Assembly (NCBI GenBank): GCA_012837765.1
Contig: DUQO01000035.1
Coordinates: 1-52,844, forward strand
Source: Mollicutes bacterium
GTDB taxonomy: Bacteria > Bacillota_I > Bacilli_A > RF39 > UBA660
Direction of reading: 5' to 3'
DNA length: 52,844 bases
Shown here: piece after piece, positions 1-9,851 of the stretch
Layout of the letters: each line of letters starts with the position of its first letter
Numbering within the stretch: the first letter of the stretch is position 1
Position numbers and translations under genes: made by a program
The notes under the pieces: generated by a model
The model's input: the letters and a program-made list of their open reading frames with translations, nothing else
What the model was told of the DNA's origin: nothing
Databases searched by the model: none

Positions 1-10
1 AGTAGTATAA

Positions 11-140
11 TAAAACAAAGCCTTTTATGTAATGCTTTGTTTTAATTTGGTTTTCTATGTGTGTTTATAATAGCCATTCCTAATTTCTGGTGTAGAATTT
101 ATCAGACTACCTAGACCTCTTCCTGCTGTTAATTTTCTAG
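11..140. other. Candidate origin of transfer (oriT)
   Basis: Perfect 11-bp inverted repeat TAAAACAAAGC (11-21) / GCTTTGTTTTA (34-44), then GTGTGTTTATAATAGCC, then an imperfect IR at ~93-139. Lies directly upstream of RHH + relaxase. Confidence 0.45.
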
Positions 141-179
141 ATAGTATGAAAAACAATTTAAATATCAGAATGAAGGAGG

Positions 180-515
180 TTGATAATGTTGATCAAGAAG
201 GTAACATTTAGAATTGAAGAGTCATTATATAATCAGTTAAAGGACAAGTTATCTAGTCAAAAAGAAAAAATATCAATTAACAATTACATTTCTAATTTAG
301 TAAAAAATGATGTGCTTGGTTTAAGTGAGGATACTAATAATCTACTTGAAAAGACAATTAAAGAACTTAATAAGTTAAGTAATTTTAGTAATGTTCAATA
401 TAAGATATTAAGACAGTTATTCGCTAATATGGGATTTGCTGGTAACATGAATCCGTATAATGATGTTTGCTTACAAGAACTTATGAGGAATAAAAATAAT
501 GATTTCCACGACTAG
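180..515 (+). CDS. Ribbon-helix-helix relaxosome accessory protein (MobC-like)
   Basis: N-terminal KKVTFRIEESLYNQLK...SINNYISNLV RHH pattern; AAGGAGG RBS; overlaps the relaxase start. Confidence 0.7.
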   Translation: MIMLIKKVTFRIEESLYNQLKDKLSSQKEKISINNYISNLVKNDVLGLSEDTNNLLEKTIKELNKLSNFSNVQYKILRQLFANMGFAGNMNPYNDVCLQELMRNKNNDFHD

Positions 516-1827
516 TCCTAAAGTTGTTTTAAAAACACAATTCCATTTAGCTTTAAATAACAAAAAAATATCAGACAAGATGATAACCAACATTAATGGT
601 ATGTTCGATTATTATGCTAATCCGATAAAACAAGCTGAAAATATGTTTGACTATTATGATGGAACACTTAAGAATAAGAAGTTTAATTTAGTGTTAGAAG
701 ATGGCAGTTATGCTACAAAAAAAGAAATAGATAAAAGAAATACTGATTATCAAAAGTATCTTAAGAAATCTAACTTATGGAAAGGTATAGTAAGTTTTAA
801 CAATGATTATATTGATGCTAATATTTCATTAGAAGATTTAGAAAAGAAAATGATAAATGAAATACTACCTAGATTTTTTAAAGAATGTGGTTTTAAAAAT
901 ACAAGTAATATGTCATATCAAGTGGCATTACATACTGATACAGATAACTATCACTTTCACTTCTCTTTTATTGAAAAGAAGCCTAATTATGTTACTAAAC
1001 AAAATAAATTATCATATAGAACTAAAGGACAATTATCACAAAGAGAAATGAATTATTTAAAAGATCAAGTCATTTTATCAGTTGAAAGAGGAAACTACTA
1101 CACTAATATATTAACTAAAACAAATAAAGATATTGATTATTTAAAATCGTATTTTAATCCTAAAGATAAGAATTTTACATTGAAAAATAAGAAAGACATC
1201 TTTTTAGAAGAAAAAATAATTAGACTTGGCGATTTAGTTAGTAAATATCAGGGTTCTGACAATTACAATAAAGTTAAATATAATTCAATTAGAAATAATG
1301 AAATTAAGAAACTGACTAATGAAATAAAGGAATACTTGTTTAATGATAAGAGTTCAGATTTAAGAGTATATAAAGGTATTATTGATAAAGACCTAAAGAA
1401 GCTAAACAAATACTATGTAGAATTAAACAAATCTAATAACATTGAGAATTACCATAATAAAGACTTGCTATTTAGTAAAGAAAGATATTTAGACAATTAT
1501 GTTTTAAATGCAATTATAAATTATGCTAAAGATAAAAAGCTGGATTCTTCAAAACAAAGAGATAAGATTGATGTAAATGATCTTATAAAGTCCTCTGCCT
1601 GCCTTGCATGGCGAAAACACAGTTATTCTAATAGAAAGGTAATGAGAAAAGGAATATTGAATAACTATTTTACTGGTAGCACTAATAGAGCAAAATTTCC
1701 TGCTAAGTATGAAATGGAAAATTCACTCAAAAAGATAAGCCGTGAAATGGATAAGGCAAGTGAACAATTCCACAAGTTATTTGAACAGGAAAAGGAAAAA
1801 AGAAAAAATGATGATTATAGTCTTTAA
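499..1827 (+). CDS. Relaxase, MobL/MobP2 family
   Basis: HUH motif ALHTDTDNYHFHFSF, SNLWKGIVSF motif, N-terminal Tyr motifs (FDYY). Confidence 0.8.
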   Translation: MISTTSPKVVLKTQFHLALNNKKISDKMITNINGMFDYYANPIKQAENMFDYYDGTLKNKKFNLVLEDGSYATKKEIDKRNTDYQKYLKKSNLWKGIVSFNNDYIDANISLEDLEKKMINEILPRFFKECGFKNTSNMSYQVALHTDTDNYHFHFSFIEKKPNYVTKQNKLSYRTKGQLSQREMNYLKDQVILSVERGNYYTNILTKTNKDIDYLKSYFNPKDKNFTLKNKKDIFLEEKIIRLGDLVSKYQGSDNYNKVKYNSIRNNEIKKLTNEIKEYLFNDKSSDLRVYKGIIDKDLKKLNKYYVELNKSNNIENYHNKDLLFSKERYLDNYVLNAIINYAKDKKLDSSKQRDKIDVNDLIKSSACLAWRKHSYSNRKVMRKGILNNYFTGSTNRAKFPAKYEMENSLKKISREMDKASEQFHKLFEQEKEKRKNDDYSL

Positions 1828-1851
1828 ATTTTAATGTTATAATTATTTTAA

Positions 1852-2832
1852 GTGAGGTTATATATGAAATACAATTTTTTTATTCGTTATAATAAGGTAA
1901 TCATCGCAAAAAGTGTTATTTCTATAGATGATGCATTAAAAGAAAATTTATTGAAATGTAATTATAACATGATTAAAGTAACAGTTGAAAATGATTGGGA
2001 AACAATTTATCTTGATATAGAATCATTATTCATGGTTAAATATGTTTGTGAGCAAGTAAATGAATTAAACCTAAATGACATTAAAGAAAGTAATGAATAT
2101 CTGTATTTTGAAATGTTGGAATCATTATCTGAAAATAATCAATGTTTTATAGATATACCTAGCAAAAAATATTTTTTAGTAAATTTCACTGAAATTATTA
2201 GTGGAAGAAATTTAGCAGATTATAAAGTTTTCTTGATGAACTATGAAACGGATCCTATTGTATGTTTCTTTGTTTTAAGGGATATGATAGAAAATTTGAA
2301 AGTATATTTATATTTGTTAAGAGCTGAGAAAACGGAAACTATTATAAAAACTGATAAATATACAGCAGTTCAAGAGAAAGATGATGAGGATATTCTAAAA
2401 AAGAAAATCGATCAGGTAGAGGGTAAAATCAAGATGAATTTCGATTTTTCTAAAATAATAAAAAACACCCCTACAATTGAATTTTTGTCAGATGAATTTA
2501 TTGAATTAGATAAAATAAATACAATGTGTAATGATTGGATTCATAAAAACGGTTATGAAAAAATAAATATTAAGTATTTTCGTAGGCTTAATAAAGAAGA
2601 TCTAAAAAACAAAATGTATTATATTTTGAAAGTTTTCTTTACTGTAGTCTGTTGCTATGATGAAAAGAGCATTTCAGGTAGCGATTATTTGGATGCTCTA
2701 GAAAATAATGAAGTGCCGCCTGCTGGTTCTGAAGCTTGGATTGCACCAATTTTTCAGGAATTTATAGATAAAGCTTTCACAACTGATGAAAAAAAGAAAA
2801 TTGAACAAAATTGTTGTATGGAGATCAACTAA
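1852..2832 (+). CDS. Hypothetical protein, possibly HEPN-like (DUF5677-like) C-terminal domain; likely start ATG at 1864
   Basis: Long ORF with LRDMIEN...YL and NTMCNDWIH motifs. Confidence 0.55.
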   Translation: MRLYMKYNFFIRYNKVIIAKSVISIDDALKENLLKCNYNMIKVTVENDWETIYLDIESLFMVKYVCEQVNELNLNDIKESNEYLYFEMLESLSENNQCFIDIPSKKYFLVNFTEIISGRNLADYKVFLMNYETDPIVCFFVLRDMIENLKVYLYLLRAEKTETIIKTDKYTAVQEKDDEDILKKKIDQVEGKIKMNFDFSKIIKNTPTIEFLSDEFIELDKINTMCNDWIHKNGYEKINIKYFRRLNKEDLKNKMYYILKVFFTVVCCYDEKSISGSDYLDALENNEVPPAGSEAWIAPIFQEFIDKAFTTDEKKKIEQNCCMEIN

Positions 2833-2881
2833 AAATTTTAAAATCTATTGTTTGAATTAATATGAGAGGTGAAATGTTATT

Positions 2882-3358
2882 ATGGACTTTGAAACAATAT
2901 TTAATAATTTAGATAATATAGATAAAAAGAGTATTAATGCATATAGGAGTGCTAGACAATTCAAGAATATAGCTACTTATCCACTTGTTAGTATAGGTGA
3001 TAAGGTGGCACCAGTTTTAGTTGCGTGTATTGTCAATAAATTGCTGTCATGCGAGTTGTTTTTGAAAAGTCTAATAATAATGAATACAAAGGAAATCCCA
3101 GAAGGACATCATTTAATAAAATTGCTGGAAGAGTCTAACATTTCAAGTATAGTAATAAACAGAATGCCTGATTTTGAGTTTGAAAAGGAATTAGAAAAAA
3201 TAAATAATGCTTTTGTTAATTGGAGATACATTTATGAAAGTGATGAATCAACAATATATAATGGTTTTGTGAATACTTTGTGCGAAGTTTTAGAAGAAAT
3301 TACAAGAGAGAAGATATTAGAAATTTATAAACTGAATATGCTTCAATCTTTTATATAA
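2882..3358 (+). CDS. HEPN domain-containing protein
   Basis: SCELFLKSL, GHHLIKLL and NAFVNWRYIYE are typical HEPN-family motifs; GAGGTG RBS. Confidence 0.7.
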   Translation: MDFETIFNNLDNIDKKSINAYRSARQFKNIATYPLVSIGDKVAPVLVACIVNKLLSCELFLKSLIIMNTKEIPEGHHLIKLLEESNISSIVINRMPDFEFEKELEKINNAFVNWRYIYESDESTIYNGFVNTLCEVLEEITREKILEIYKLNMLQSFI

Positions 3359-3764
3359 TCCGATTAATGAATTATGAACAAGTTATTAATACATGGTTTT
3401 ATTGTTTGAGATTATAACCTTTATATAAAATAAAAAGATAGTAAGTGAATTCAAATTCTTAAAGAATTAATTAAAAATTAAAGATTGCAGAATCATTGAC
3501 AAAGCTCGACAACAATGATATCACATTTTATAATAGTCTTATGTTACCATATTGATTTTAAAAATTAACAGTTCTGAAATAATAAGTATAGGTAATGATG
3601 TTGTTCTGATTATATTAAAAACCAAATTATAGATAGGTTTTCAATTAGTCGTTTTTTCATCATTATTTTTTTTGTATATTCTTAATTATAAGCATATAAA
3701 GTTAAGGTCTGCATTTAAAAATCATACATGGTATAATTAAATTATAAAGTAAGGAGATGTTTAT

Positions 3765-4481
3765 ATGAGTGAACAAATAATAGACAGATTAGAAAAAACT
3801 GAGCACATTATGAAGCTTGATCATGTTAGTAAAAGTTATAAATCAAAAAACAGAATTGTAAAAGTTTTATCAGATATTAGTGTTGACTTTCATAGTCATA
3901 AATTTTATGCAATTATGGGTCATAGTGGTAGTGGTAAATCAACGCTTGTTAATATACTTGGTTTAATTGATTCGTTTGATATTGGTAAGTATGAATTGTA
4001 CGGAACGAACGTCTCTAATTTTAAGGATATAGAGTTATCTAATTTAAGAATGAAAAATATTGGTTTTATATTTCAGGGATTTCATCTAAATCCAACCTTA
4101 AAAGCATATGAAAATGTTATTGTTCCCATGTTAATCAACAAAGACATTAATCCTAAAGAACGAAAAAAAAGAGCTATAGAATTATTAACTAGTGTCGGAT
4201 TAAAAGAAAGAGTTGATCATTTCCCAAATGAATTATCAGGTGGCGAACAACAAAGAGTAGCAATTGCAAGAGCTCTTGCGAATAATCCAAAAATTATATT
4301 AGCTGATGAGCCTACTGGAAATTTAGATGAGAAACACGAACAAGAAATTTTTCATCAATTGAAAGAACTGTCAAATATTGGAAAATGTGTTATTGTTGTT
4401 AGTCATAGTAATGAGGTAAAAAAATATGCTGACAGAGTCTTTAAAATAGTAGATGGAACTCTTGTTGGTGATGATAGATGA
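3765..4481 (+). CDS. ABC transporter ATP-binding protein (LolD/MacB-like)
   Basis: Walker [34 protein letters not shown]. Confidence 0.95.
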   Translation: MSEQIIDRLEKTEHIMKLDHVSKSYKSKNRIVKVLSDISVDFHSHKFYAIMGHSGSGKSTLVNILGLIDSFDIGKYELYGTNVSNFKDIELSNLRMKNIGFIFQGFHLNPTLKAYENVIVPMLINKDINPKERKKRAIELLTSVGLKERVDHFPNELSGGEQQRVAIARALANNPKIILADEPTGNLDEKHEQEIFHQLKELSNIGKCVIVVSHSNEVKKYADRVFKIVDGTLVGDDR

Positions 4482-5710
4482 ATATAAAAAGTTATTTTAA
4501 GATAGCAGTTTTAAATATTTTTAGAGATAAAAAGAAAGTTTATTTTATTCTTGTTATGCTAATATGCACAATACTAGCATTAGGTGTTTTAACTTTCAAG
4601 AGCATTTTTTCTAAACATATTAGTGATAGTATAAATAAAAATATTGGTTTTAGAGTTATAGATGTTGTTCCAAAATTAGATGTTGAAGATTATGGAAAAT
4701 CAGAAATAACAAAAATTAAACACATTGATGATATTTATAGTTCACAATATGGCTCTGTTTATGCAAAAAGTAGTTTTGCGAATGAAAAATTTGATGGAAG
4801 TATAGAATTAATTTATGGAGAAAAATCAGCTCTGCCAAATAATATTATTGGTGCAACATTTAAAAAAGGACAGAAAAATGTTGCCATCTGCCCTATAGAT
4901 TTTTATCCTGATATTTCAATTTATGATACAAAAATAAATGAAAAAAATATTATTGATGGAAATACATTATTAGGTAAAGATTTCGCGATCAAATATTATT
5001 CCTATAGTTTTAATGGTACTAAAAAAACAATAGAAGCAGAATTTACTAAAACATTTAAAATTGTTGGTTTATACGACAGCAAAAATGTTATGAATATGGG
5101 TAATCAATGTTATGTTCCGTTTGAAGATATTAAGGAAATAACGGATAAAGGAATAATTAGTGAAATGAACACAGCTATATATGCTTTTAGTATAATCGTT
5201 GATAGTAGTCAAAATGTGAACTATGTAGTGGATAAATTAGATGAATTAGGTTTTACTGGAATAAGACTTAAGAATCAAATTGATCAAAAATTAGTTAATA
5301 CAATTATAATATCGTGTGATGTCACTGTTGCTCTAGTATTATTTGCTGTTATACTTTTAGTGTCTTCATACACAAAAAAGAAGATTTTAGGTGAAGCAAA
5401 AACTATTGGTGTATTAAGAACTAGTGGTTATAAAAAATCTGCTGTTATAAATTTATATTTATTAGAGATTATAATTAGTAATATTCTCTCTTATATCATA
5501 GGTATGATAATATTTACAATTATATATTTAATATTGAAGAACTTGGTATTCAACTATCTTACTTATTTTGGAATGATGATGCCACTAAATATATTTGATT
5601 ATATATATGCTTTCATAATAATTGTAGTTATTACTTCAATTATTGCAGATTATTATATAATTAAAAAAATAAATTTAAATATTGTCGATTTAATAGGAAG
5701 TGAGGAGTAA
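4478..5710 (+). CDS. ABC transporter permease (FtsX/MacB-like)
   Basis: One N-terminal TM, large extracellular loop, three C-terminal TMs with IGVLRTSGY; ATGA overlap with the ATPase. Confidence 0.85.
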   Translation: MNIKSYFKIAVLNIFRDKKKVYFILVMLICTILALGVLTFKSIFSKHISDSINKNIGFRVIDVVPKLDVEDYGKSEITKIKHIDDIYSSQYGSVYAKSSFANEKFDGSIELIYGEKSALPNNIIGATFKKGQKNVAICPIDFYPDISIYDTKINEKNIIDGNTLLGKDFAIKYYSYSFNGTKKTIEAEFTKTFKIVGLYDSKNVMNMGNQCYVPFEDIKEITDKGIISEMNTAIYAFSIIVDSSQNVNYVVDKLDELGFTGIRLKNQIDQKLVNTIIISCDVTVALVLFAVILLVSSYTKKKILGEAKTIGVLRTSGYKKSAVINLYLLEIIISNILSYIIGMIIFTIIYLILKNLVFNYLTYFGMMMPLNIFDYIYAFIIIVVITSIIADYYIIKKINLNIVDLIGSEE

Positions 5711-5713
5711 TTT

Positions 5714-6844
5714 ATGATTTTAGTAAAAGGATTTTTTCGAAAACTATCTACAAAAGTTTATCTATTAATTTTCGGCATACTATTAACTATTATTATAACC
5801 ATAATGTCGTTTGCAAATTACTACACTGAAATATTAGATCAAATGTATAGAGAAAATTCTTTTATGGTTGTAATAAGTAAAACAGATTATTATAATAAAT
5901 TAAGTTCTTATAAAAGTATTATAAGTATAGAGGAAGCTATATTATTCAGACCAAATAAAAATTACAAAGCAATAGTTAGTGAAGATTATGTGGTAATAAA
6001 AAATGGTACTGTAGTTGATTCAAAAGAAAATGGTGGAGCAACTAGAATGAATTGGGAAGATTTTATGATTGGCGAAGGTGCCGGAGATGATTTCCTTATA
6101 GTTTTTCCTTCCAATCGTAACAGTATTGAACTAAAAGATGATGAGGTGGCTTTATCATTAGATCCATTCACTTACTATAAAAAAGACATAGCACAAGGTA
6201 TAGTTGGTGAAAAGATTGGTTTCTATTATAAAAGCAAACAATACGAATATACAATTAAAGAGTTTTATCAAACAGAAATACCAGGCATGTTGGTATCTAA
6301 TCATATTTTTCAGATTATGAATGAGAATAAAGATTTATATGCCTATTTAGTTAAATTTGATAGTAAAAAATCTTCAACTTTAGTAGCGCAAAAACTTAAA
6401 CAATCAAACAAAGATATTGAAGTATTAAATCGCCAAAGATATTTTGTTGAAAATGAAGGTATGAGTTCAGCAAGATTAATAGATCTGATTTATACATTAG
6501 AATTCATAAGTAAAACTATTATTTTAATTTTTGGGATTATATTTATAGTTGTAATTAAAAATGTTATAAAAGATAGTAAGAAAAATATGAATTTGGAAAA
6601 AATGCTTGGGTATAATAACAGACAAATAAAATATTATTTATCTTCAAAACTTGTTATACTGAGTGGTATTTCTTTAATTATTTCTACTCTACTTTCTGTA
6701 ATAATAAATATAACGATTAATTATTATTACCAACTTCAATTAATGGTATTCAATATTATGTTGTTGAGTACCTTGTATATAAGTATTCTAATTATTACCA
6801 TATTTATTTGTTTTATAACTAAAATAAAAAAATATGAAATATAA
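5714..6844 (+). CDS. ABC transporter permease (FtsX-like)
   Basis: Same topology; LEKMLGYNNRQI motif. Confidence 0.8.
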   Translation: MILVKGFFRKLSTKVYLLIFGILLTIIITIMSFANYYTEILDQMYRENSFMVVISKTDYYNKLSSYKSIISIEEAILFRPNKNYKAIVSEDYVVIKNGTVVDSKENGGATRMNWEDFMIGEGAGDDFLIVFPSNRNSIELKDDEVALSLDPFTYYKKDIAQGIVGEKIGFYYKSKQYEYTIKEFYQTEIPGMLVSNHIFQIMNENKDLYAYLVKFDSKKSSTLVAQKLKQSNKDIEVLNRQRYFVENEGMSSARLIDLIYTLEFISKTIILIFGIIFIVVIKNVIKDSKKNMNLEKMLGYNNRQIKYYLSSKLVILSGISLIISTLLSVIINITINYYYQLQLMVFNIMLLSTLYISILIITIFICFITKIKKYEI

Positions 6845-6903
6845 TTCTAATTACTACAAATTTTTAAGATCAACATTATAATATAGATGAAATATTTATT
6901 TTT

Positions 6904-6964
6904 AAAGCAGTAAAACTAATGATTATTGAATTATTTAATTCAGATCATTTGTATTTACTGCTTT
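6904..6964. repeat. Long imperfect inverted repeat (hairpin) between the permease and the secreted-protein gene
   Basis: AAAGCAGTAAA...TTTACTGCTTT with inner AATGAT/ATCATT and TGAATT/AATTCA pairings. Confidence 0.65.
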
Positions 6965-7030
6965 TAATTTTCCAAAATGGTTAAGAATCGCTAGTATGGG
7001 ATTTTTAATAAATATACTGTTAGAAAGGAG

Positions 7031-7414
7031 GTGATTATATTGAAAAAAGTATTTTCAGCTTTATTGATGCTAACAGCATGTTTTCTTTTCGTGGTAACTG
7101 TTTCAGCTGCTACTGGAAACGGAACTATTACTTATGGTGGTACGCCTTTTGAACTTATTGAAGATACAGGAACAGATGTTTACGCAACTGTTAGAGCATC
7201 TTCTTTGCCTAATGGAAGCGTAAATGTTAATGCAATAATGCAAAAAAAGTTTCTTCTTTGGTGGACAAATCAGGCAAATGCTATAGTACCAGTTCAAACT
7301 ACTAATGTAACTTACTATGCACAATTTGCAGCAAATGCTCCAGGACAAGTTAGAGCATTGTTTGACAATCTTTCATCTGGAAGATCTCTTACTGGTCGTT
7401 TCCAACTTTACTAA
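7031..7414 (+). CDS. Small secreted protein with Sec signal peptide
   Basis: KKVFSALLMLTACFLFVVTVSA signal with VSA cleavage motif; AAGGAGGTG RBS; beta-rich mature part. Confidence 0.8.
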   Translation: MIILKKVFSALLMLTACFLFVVTVSAATGNGTITYGGTPFELIEDTGTDVYATVRASSLPNGSVNVNAIMQKKFLLWWTNQANAIVPVQTTNVTYYAQFAANAPGQVRALFDNLSSGRSLTGRFQLY

Positions 7415-7701
7415 TATAAAATTACTTTTACAAGTATAGTATTATTCTAAAATACAAAAATATAAGTAAAATTTATATTTTTGCAATTGATAGAAGCAAT
7501 ACTTTGTAAAATAGTTTGAAATAATGTTGATTTTTGTCAACATTATTTTTATTATTAAGAATTTCAGTAAAAGTAACTATAATTGAAACAATGAGACTAA
7601 ATAAAGGAAAAACGATTAAAATAAGTTTTTATTACTAAAACTGAATTAAGATTTTAAAAACTATAATTATTTTTTTTATTAAAAACAGCATTAATCAAAG
7701 T

Positions 7702-7730
7702 TTGTAATTTACTGCTTTTTATGTTAAAAT
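7702..7730 (+). promoter_or_regulatory. Putative sigma-A promoter
   Basis: TTGTAA-17 bp-TAAAAT with extended -10 TG. Confidence 0.4.
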
Positions 7731-7876
7731 ATATTTGTAATTGATATCTATAACTTATTGTACTTTCTTATTGTATTAAATTTCCTAATACACTACTGGT
7801 AGGTGCCAATTTAAAAACCACCCCAAAAACGGCACGAAAATACAAGAGTCATTTATTTATGGGGTTTAACTTATCT

Positions 7877-7899
7877 GAGAGTTAGATGCTCTCTTTTTT
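7877..7899 (+). terminator. Putative intrinsic terminator
   Basis: GAGAG-TTAGATG-CTCTC followed by T6. Confidence 0.55.
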
Positions 7900-8040
7900 A
7901 TTATTATATAAAAAAACTTCAATTATGAAGTTTCTTTTTTCTCTGACTTTTTGGTTAATTACTTAAAAATTAATAATACAGATCTAATTAAATTTAATAA
8001 TTTTTTATTTTTTATATACTAATTGAACTTCTGGTTCGTT

Positions 8041-8368
8041 TTATTCTCTATTAAGATCCATTTGATATAAATCTCTATAAGAACAATATCGTTCAAAACA
8101 TACGTAGTCTGGAATAAAAGACGCACATTGAAAGCCCATCCATACAGCATATTGATCTTGGAAGCTACGATTACAGATGTAAATGTCTTTCATATCTATA
8201 TTGCCTCGTAAAAATTGCAATAGAGCATATTCCTCAAAAGTCCATTTTCCACACCATTCAGCTTCTTTTTGTTTTTGATAAACTAAATATCTTTTTAAAT
8301 AGATCCATATTATAACTATAATCTGCAGCAAATTTTAAGACCATTTCATCACTAATAATAGAACTCAT
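8041..8368 (-). pseudogene. Hypothetical gene with one frameshift (or homopolymer sequencing error)
   Basis: AAGGGG RBS + ATG at 8368 (MSSIISDEMVLKFAADYSYNMDLFKKIFSLSKTK) joins the EAEWCGKW... frame if one A is removed from the A5 runs at 8266-8276. Confidence 0.55.
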
Positions 8369-8492
8369 AACAATTTCCCCTTTTGGTTAATTATTATAAC
8401 ACATCTTTTTTAACAAAAAAATATTAAATGAAATTACCTCAAACTAACGATCCATACCAATTATGCATTTACAAAAAATCATACAACATTAA

Positions 8493-9851
8493 TTAGTAAC
8501 TTTCAAAAAATACTTCAAATGCTTTATATGCCATGTAGATATCATATTTGCTTACTACTTCATAAGGTGAATGCATTGATAAGATGGGGATACCACAATC
8601 GATTGCCTCAACTCCTTTATTAGCAAAAACAAAAGAATTGGTTGCTCCACCACCTGCATCTATCTTTCCTCCTTCACCTATTTGATATCTAATATTATTT
8701 TCTTCTAATATTTTTCTAATAAAAGCAATATATTCCGGATTAGCATCCGAACAATTATCCTTGCCATTATAACCTGAATACTTATTAATAGTTATACCCT
8801 TACCTAGAAAAAAGGCATTGTTTTTTTCAAACAAAAACTCATAAATAGGATCCATAGCTATATCAACATCTGCATTTATTAAGCGTGAATTACAAAAAAA
8901 ATTATTTAATAAAAGCCCTTGATCTCCTTTTAATTTATGATAAACATCACTAATAAACAAATCAAAAATTTTAGAATTAATACTTGTATTACCTAAACTA
9001 CCTATTTCCTCTTTATCTGTAATGATATAAACTGCTGTTCTTTTTACCTCTTTAATTTTCATTATAGCTTCAGCAGCAACAAAAACTAAAGATCTATCAT
9101 CTTGTCCATATCCTCCAATCATACTTTTATCAAGACCAACTTCGCGACATTTGAGCGCAGGAACAACTTCTATTTCTGAACTTGTAAAGTCTATTTCTGA
9201 AATATTATATTTTTCTTTTAGAATATTTAAAACATTTGATTTTATCCCGTCTTTTTTTTGTCCTTTTAATGGTATATTTCCAACTAATAAATTTAATGCT
9301 TCACCTGTAATTCCATCCTTCATTTTACCTTCCATTTGTTCATCAGCTAGATGTGGTAATAAATCTGTTATTACCATCACAGGATCCCCTTCTTGATCAC
9401 CAACAACTATATTTATCTTTTCACCTGTTGTCTTAGCAATAACACCGTGAATAGCTAAAGGTATAGTTGTCCATTGATACTTTTTAATGCTACCATAATA
9501 ATGTGTTTTAAAATAAGCAAGGCCATCATGTTCATATAAAGGATTAGGTTTTAAATCTAAACGTGGCGAATCCGAATGAGTAACTATAATATTAAGACCA
9601 TCATTAAGATCTTGATCACCAATAACAGCTAAAAATATATTTTTTTCTTTATTAACATAATAAACTTTATCACCTGCTTTTAATTGTTGAAAAGTACTTA
9701 ATTCTTTAAAGCCATTTTTTTCTGCCATATCTTTAACATTAGTAATTATTTCTCTTTCTGTTTTAGAATTATTTAAGAATTTAATATACTTTTGTGACAA
9801 CTCATTTATTTTATCATTTAAAACTGGGATGTCCATATCATTAAAATTCAT
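8493..9851 (-). CDS. M18 family aminopeptidase
   Basis: HSDSPRLDLKPNPL, GQDDR, DKEEIGS and MHSP metal-binding motifs. Confidence 0.9.
   Translation of the reverse strand: MNFNDMDIPVLNDKINELSQKYIKFLNNSKTEREIITNVKDMAEKNGFKELSTFQQLKAGDKVYYVNKEKNIFLAVIGDQDLNDGLNIIVTHSDSPRLDLKPNPLYEHDGLAYFKTHYYGSIKKYQWTTIPLAIHGVIAKTTGEKINIVVGDQEGDPVMVITDLLPHLADEQMEGKMKDGITGEALNLLVGNIPLKGQKKDGIKSNVLNILKEKYNISEIDFTSSEIEVVPALKCREVGLDKSMIGGYGQDDRSLVFVAAEAIMKIKEVKRTAVYIITDKEEIGSLGNTSINSKIFDLFISDVYHKLKGDQGLLLNNFFCNSRLINADVDIAMDPIYEFLFEKNNAFFLGKGITINKYSGYNGKDNCSDANPEYIAFIRKILEENNIRYQIGEGGKIDAGGGATNSFVFANKGVEAIDCGIPILSMHSPYEVVSKYDIYMAYKAFEVFFESY

Larger units (their letters stand above)
1..7808. mobile_element. Right-hand part of an integrative conjugative/mobilizable element (continues left of the window; right boundary approximate)
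   Basis: RHH + relaxase pair with upstream inverted repeats, followed by accessory cargo (HEPN-like genes, ABC exporter). Ends near a tRNA-3'-like motif at 7793-7808. Confidence 0.6.

Noticed and set aside
3360-3650. Possible gene remnant between the HEPN gene and the ABC operon
   Set aside because: Only short broken frames with no recognisable motif.
7800-7893. SAM-I riboswitch-like words (GGTGCCAATT, AACTTATCTGAGAG)
   Set aside because: The words are in the wrong order, the P2/kink-turn core is missing, and no co-oriented gene lies downstream.
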